A stretch of 52,871 nt of DNA from Thermoplasmata archaeon. Its GTDB lineage: Archaea > Thermoplasmatota > Thermoplasmata > Lutacidiplasmatales > UBA184. The notes beneath the pieces were generated by a model. It did no database searches, was not told the DNA's origin, and saw only the letters and a list, made by a program, of their open reading frames with translations. Positions 51,238-52,871 of this stretch are shown here, piece by piece (within the stretch, counting starts at the first letter, position 1; each line of letters starts with the position of its first letter). The stretch covers positions 1 through 52,871 of the forward strand of contig JBOGRR010000002.1 in the NCBI GenBank assembly GCA_050749765.1, given 5' to 3'. Position numbers and translations under genes: made by a program.

Positions 51238-51996
51238 ATGGCGACCGCAGACGGGTCGAGCGTCGCGCTCGCCAACCGCTCCTCCGAGGAGTTCCGCCAG
51301 GCGGCCGAACTGCTCGGACGGGTCGGTCTGACCCAGTACGAGGGTCGGGCCTACATCGCGCTCGTGGCGCGGGGCCTCGGCGACGCGGCCGCGATCGCCC
51401 AGGCGTCCGGGATCCCTCGCACCTCGGCGTACAAGGTCCTCGAGTCGCTCGCGCAGAAGGGCTACGCGAAGGCGACCGGCGGCAAGCCGATCCTCTTCCG
51501 GCCGACCCCACCGCTCGACGTCGCCGAGAGCCTCAAGGGCGCGATTCAGGAGGTGTTCGAGGCGCTCGCCGACCTCCACCGCGAGGTCGCGGAGCACGGC
51601 GAGCCCCAGCTCGTGTATCTCCTGAGCGGCCGCGACAAGGTCCTCGCAAAGATCGTCGAGCTGCTCGACCAATCGACGCGCTCGTTCATCCTCACGACCC
51701 CGAAGTTGGCCGAGTTGCGCGAGGAGCTCGACAAGAAGGTCCAGCACGCCGTCAAGCGAGGGATCGCCGTCACCTTCGTGACCGCGGCCCTGCAGCGGAT
51801 CCCCGAAGGGGTGCAGTACGTCGACCGAGAGAACCTCATGGCGACCGAGGTCCTCGCGGACGACCAGCACGCGCTGCTCGCCGCTCCGGGCCTCGAGGCG
51901 TGCGGGTTCACCGACAACCCGATCCTCATCGCCCACCTCCAGCAGTTCCTCGAATTGATCCTCGACCGGGAGCCCGAAGCGCCTCCGGCGCCGTAG
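51238..51996 (+). CDS. TrmB-family transcriptional regulator
   Basis: The N-terminal wHTH reads LGRVGLTQYEGRAYIALVARGLGDAAAIAQASGIPRTSAYKVLESLAQKGY. A TATA-like CGTTAAGT (51207-51214) is centred 27 nt upstream of the ATG. Confidence 0.8.
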   Translation: MATADGSSVALANRSSEEFRQAAELLGRVGLTQYEGRAYIALVARGLGDAAAIAQASGIPRTSAYKVLESLAQKGYAKATGGKPILFRPTPPLDVAESLKGAIQEVFEALADLHREVAEHGEPQLVYLLSGRDKVLAKIVELLDQSTRSFILTTPKLAELREELDKKVQHAVKRGIAVTFVTAALQRIPEGVQYVDRENLMATEVLADDQHALLAAPGLEACGFTDNPILIAHLQQFLELILDREPEAPPAP

Positions 51997-51999
51997 ACG

Positions 52000-52869
52000 A
52001 TGCGTCGGGGGGGTCGTCGCCCGACTCCGAGCGAGCGGGTCCGCGCGGCGCTCGCCGAGCATGCGGGCGCGGAGATCGCGCGGCGGATGCCGGCCGGCTA
52101 CCATCGCATGGGTCGGGTCCTGCTGCTCCGGCTCCCGACCGAGCTCTCGCCGTACCGGCACTTCATCGGTGCGGCGTGGGTGCGCGAGCTCGGCGTGCAG
52201 ACCGTGATCGCTCGGACGGGGCCGATCACGGGCGAGGCCCGCGAGCCTCAGGTCGAGCGCATCGCGGGGTCGTCGACCGAGACCGAGGTCATCGAGCACG
52301 GCGTGCGCTACCGCTTCGACGCCGCCCACACGATGTTCGCGACGGGGAATCGGACCGAGCGCCAGCGGATCGCCACCCTCGTGCGGCCGGGAGAGGTCGT
52401 CGCCGACCTCTTCGCCGGCATCGGTTACTTCACGGTGCCGATCGCGGCGCACGCCCGCCCCGCACGCATCGAGGCCGTCGAGCGGAATCCGGTCGCCTAC
52501 CGCTACCTCGTCGAGAACCTCCGTCCGTACCGGGACCGAGCGACGGTCGTCCCTCACCTCGGGGACAATCGGACGGCCCCACTACCGGTCGCGGCGTTCG
52601 ATCGCGTCGTGCTCGGCTACCTTCCCTATTCCGACCCGTGGATCGCCCGGGCGGTCGAGCTCGCGCATCCCGACGGCGCGTGGCTCCATGTCCACCGCAT
52701 CGATGCAGTGCGTCCCCCGCTCAACGTGAACGCGGAGATCGTGGCGCGCGAGGTCGCGGACGCCGGTGGGCGCGTCCTCGGAACTCCGATGGTCCGAGAG
52801 GTCAAGCCGTACGGGCCGGGGCGTCGCCACGTCGTCGTCGACGTACGGGTCCAACCGGCGCCGCGCTAG
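52000..52869 (+). CDS. Trm5/Taw2-family SAM-dependent tRNA methyltransferase
   Basis: Motifs: YRFDAAHTMFATGNRTERQRIA, VVADLFAGIGYFTVPIA and VLGYLP (NLP/NPPY-equivalent position). The gene is complete, with a TAG stop at 52867-52869. Confidence 0.85.
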   Translation: MRRGGRRPTPSERVRAALAEHAGAEIARRMPAGYHRMGRVLLLRLPTELSPYRHFIGAAWVRELGVQTVIARTGPITGEAREPQVERIAGSSTETEVIEHGVRYRFDAAHTMFATGNRTERQRIATLVRPGEVVADLFAGIGYFTVPIAAHARPARIEAVERNPVAYRYLVENLRPYRDRATVVPHLGDNRTAPLPVAAFDRVVLGYLPYSDPWIARAVELAHPDGAWLHVHRIDAVRPPLNVNAEIVAREVADAGGRVLGTPMVREVKPYGPGRRHVVVDVRVQPAPR

Positions 52870-52871
52870 GC

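Overview
This is a very GC-rich (about 65-70% G+C by eye, not computed), densely packed archaeal chromosomal segment. I support about 52 protein genes and 2 tRNA genes, with gaps mostly under 120 bp. I saw no rRNA, CRISPR array, transposase or integrase. Archaeal identity follows from an Sm-like protein with L37e, archaeal-type S15, RpoL, TFS, Alba, ArcS, KptA, Trm5 and a Sulfolobus-type single-OB SSB. DNA gyrase, a heme-copper oxidase and that SSB type suggest an aerobic Thermoplasmata-like euryarchaeote (inference only). Most content is housekeeping: carAB, purD, trpS, asnS, gyrA, folP, ribA, dut, aspA, an aldehyde dehydrogenase and a UbiA/UbiD pair. Many long ORFs in the track are GC-driven shadow frames. 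Real starts were reassigned from homology, ATGA/GTGA overlaps, and TATA-like boxes that sit 25-31 nt upstream of start codons, implying mostly leaderless mRNAs. One real gene (rpl37e, 53 aa) is missing from the ORF track.

The strongest candidate system lies at 24.7-29.2 kb. A CHAD-domain gene is divergent from an operon of exopolyphosphatase plus two translationally coupled, paralogous thymidylate-kinase-fold genes. The second of these carries Arg in place of the Walker A Lys. A SixA-type histidine phosphatase converges on the operon's 3' end. I interpret this as a polyphosphate synthesis, degradation and granule module whose kinase is a two-subunit TMPK-fold enzyme rather than PPK1 or PPK2.

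Secondary items:
- A heme-copper oxidase subunit I fused to a Cys- and His-free cupredoxin-like ectodomain.
- A possible EarP-like GT-B protein.
- A thioredoxin-reductase-like flavoprotein with a degenerate NAD(P)H site.
- An orphan wHTH-fused amino-methyltransferase.
- An rps15-recJ-gyrA-zinc-ribbon operon.
- A helicase-only Hef.
- A shared 12-nt promoter motif.
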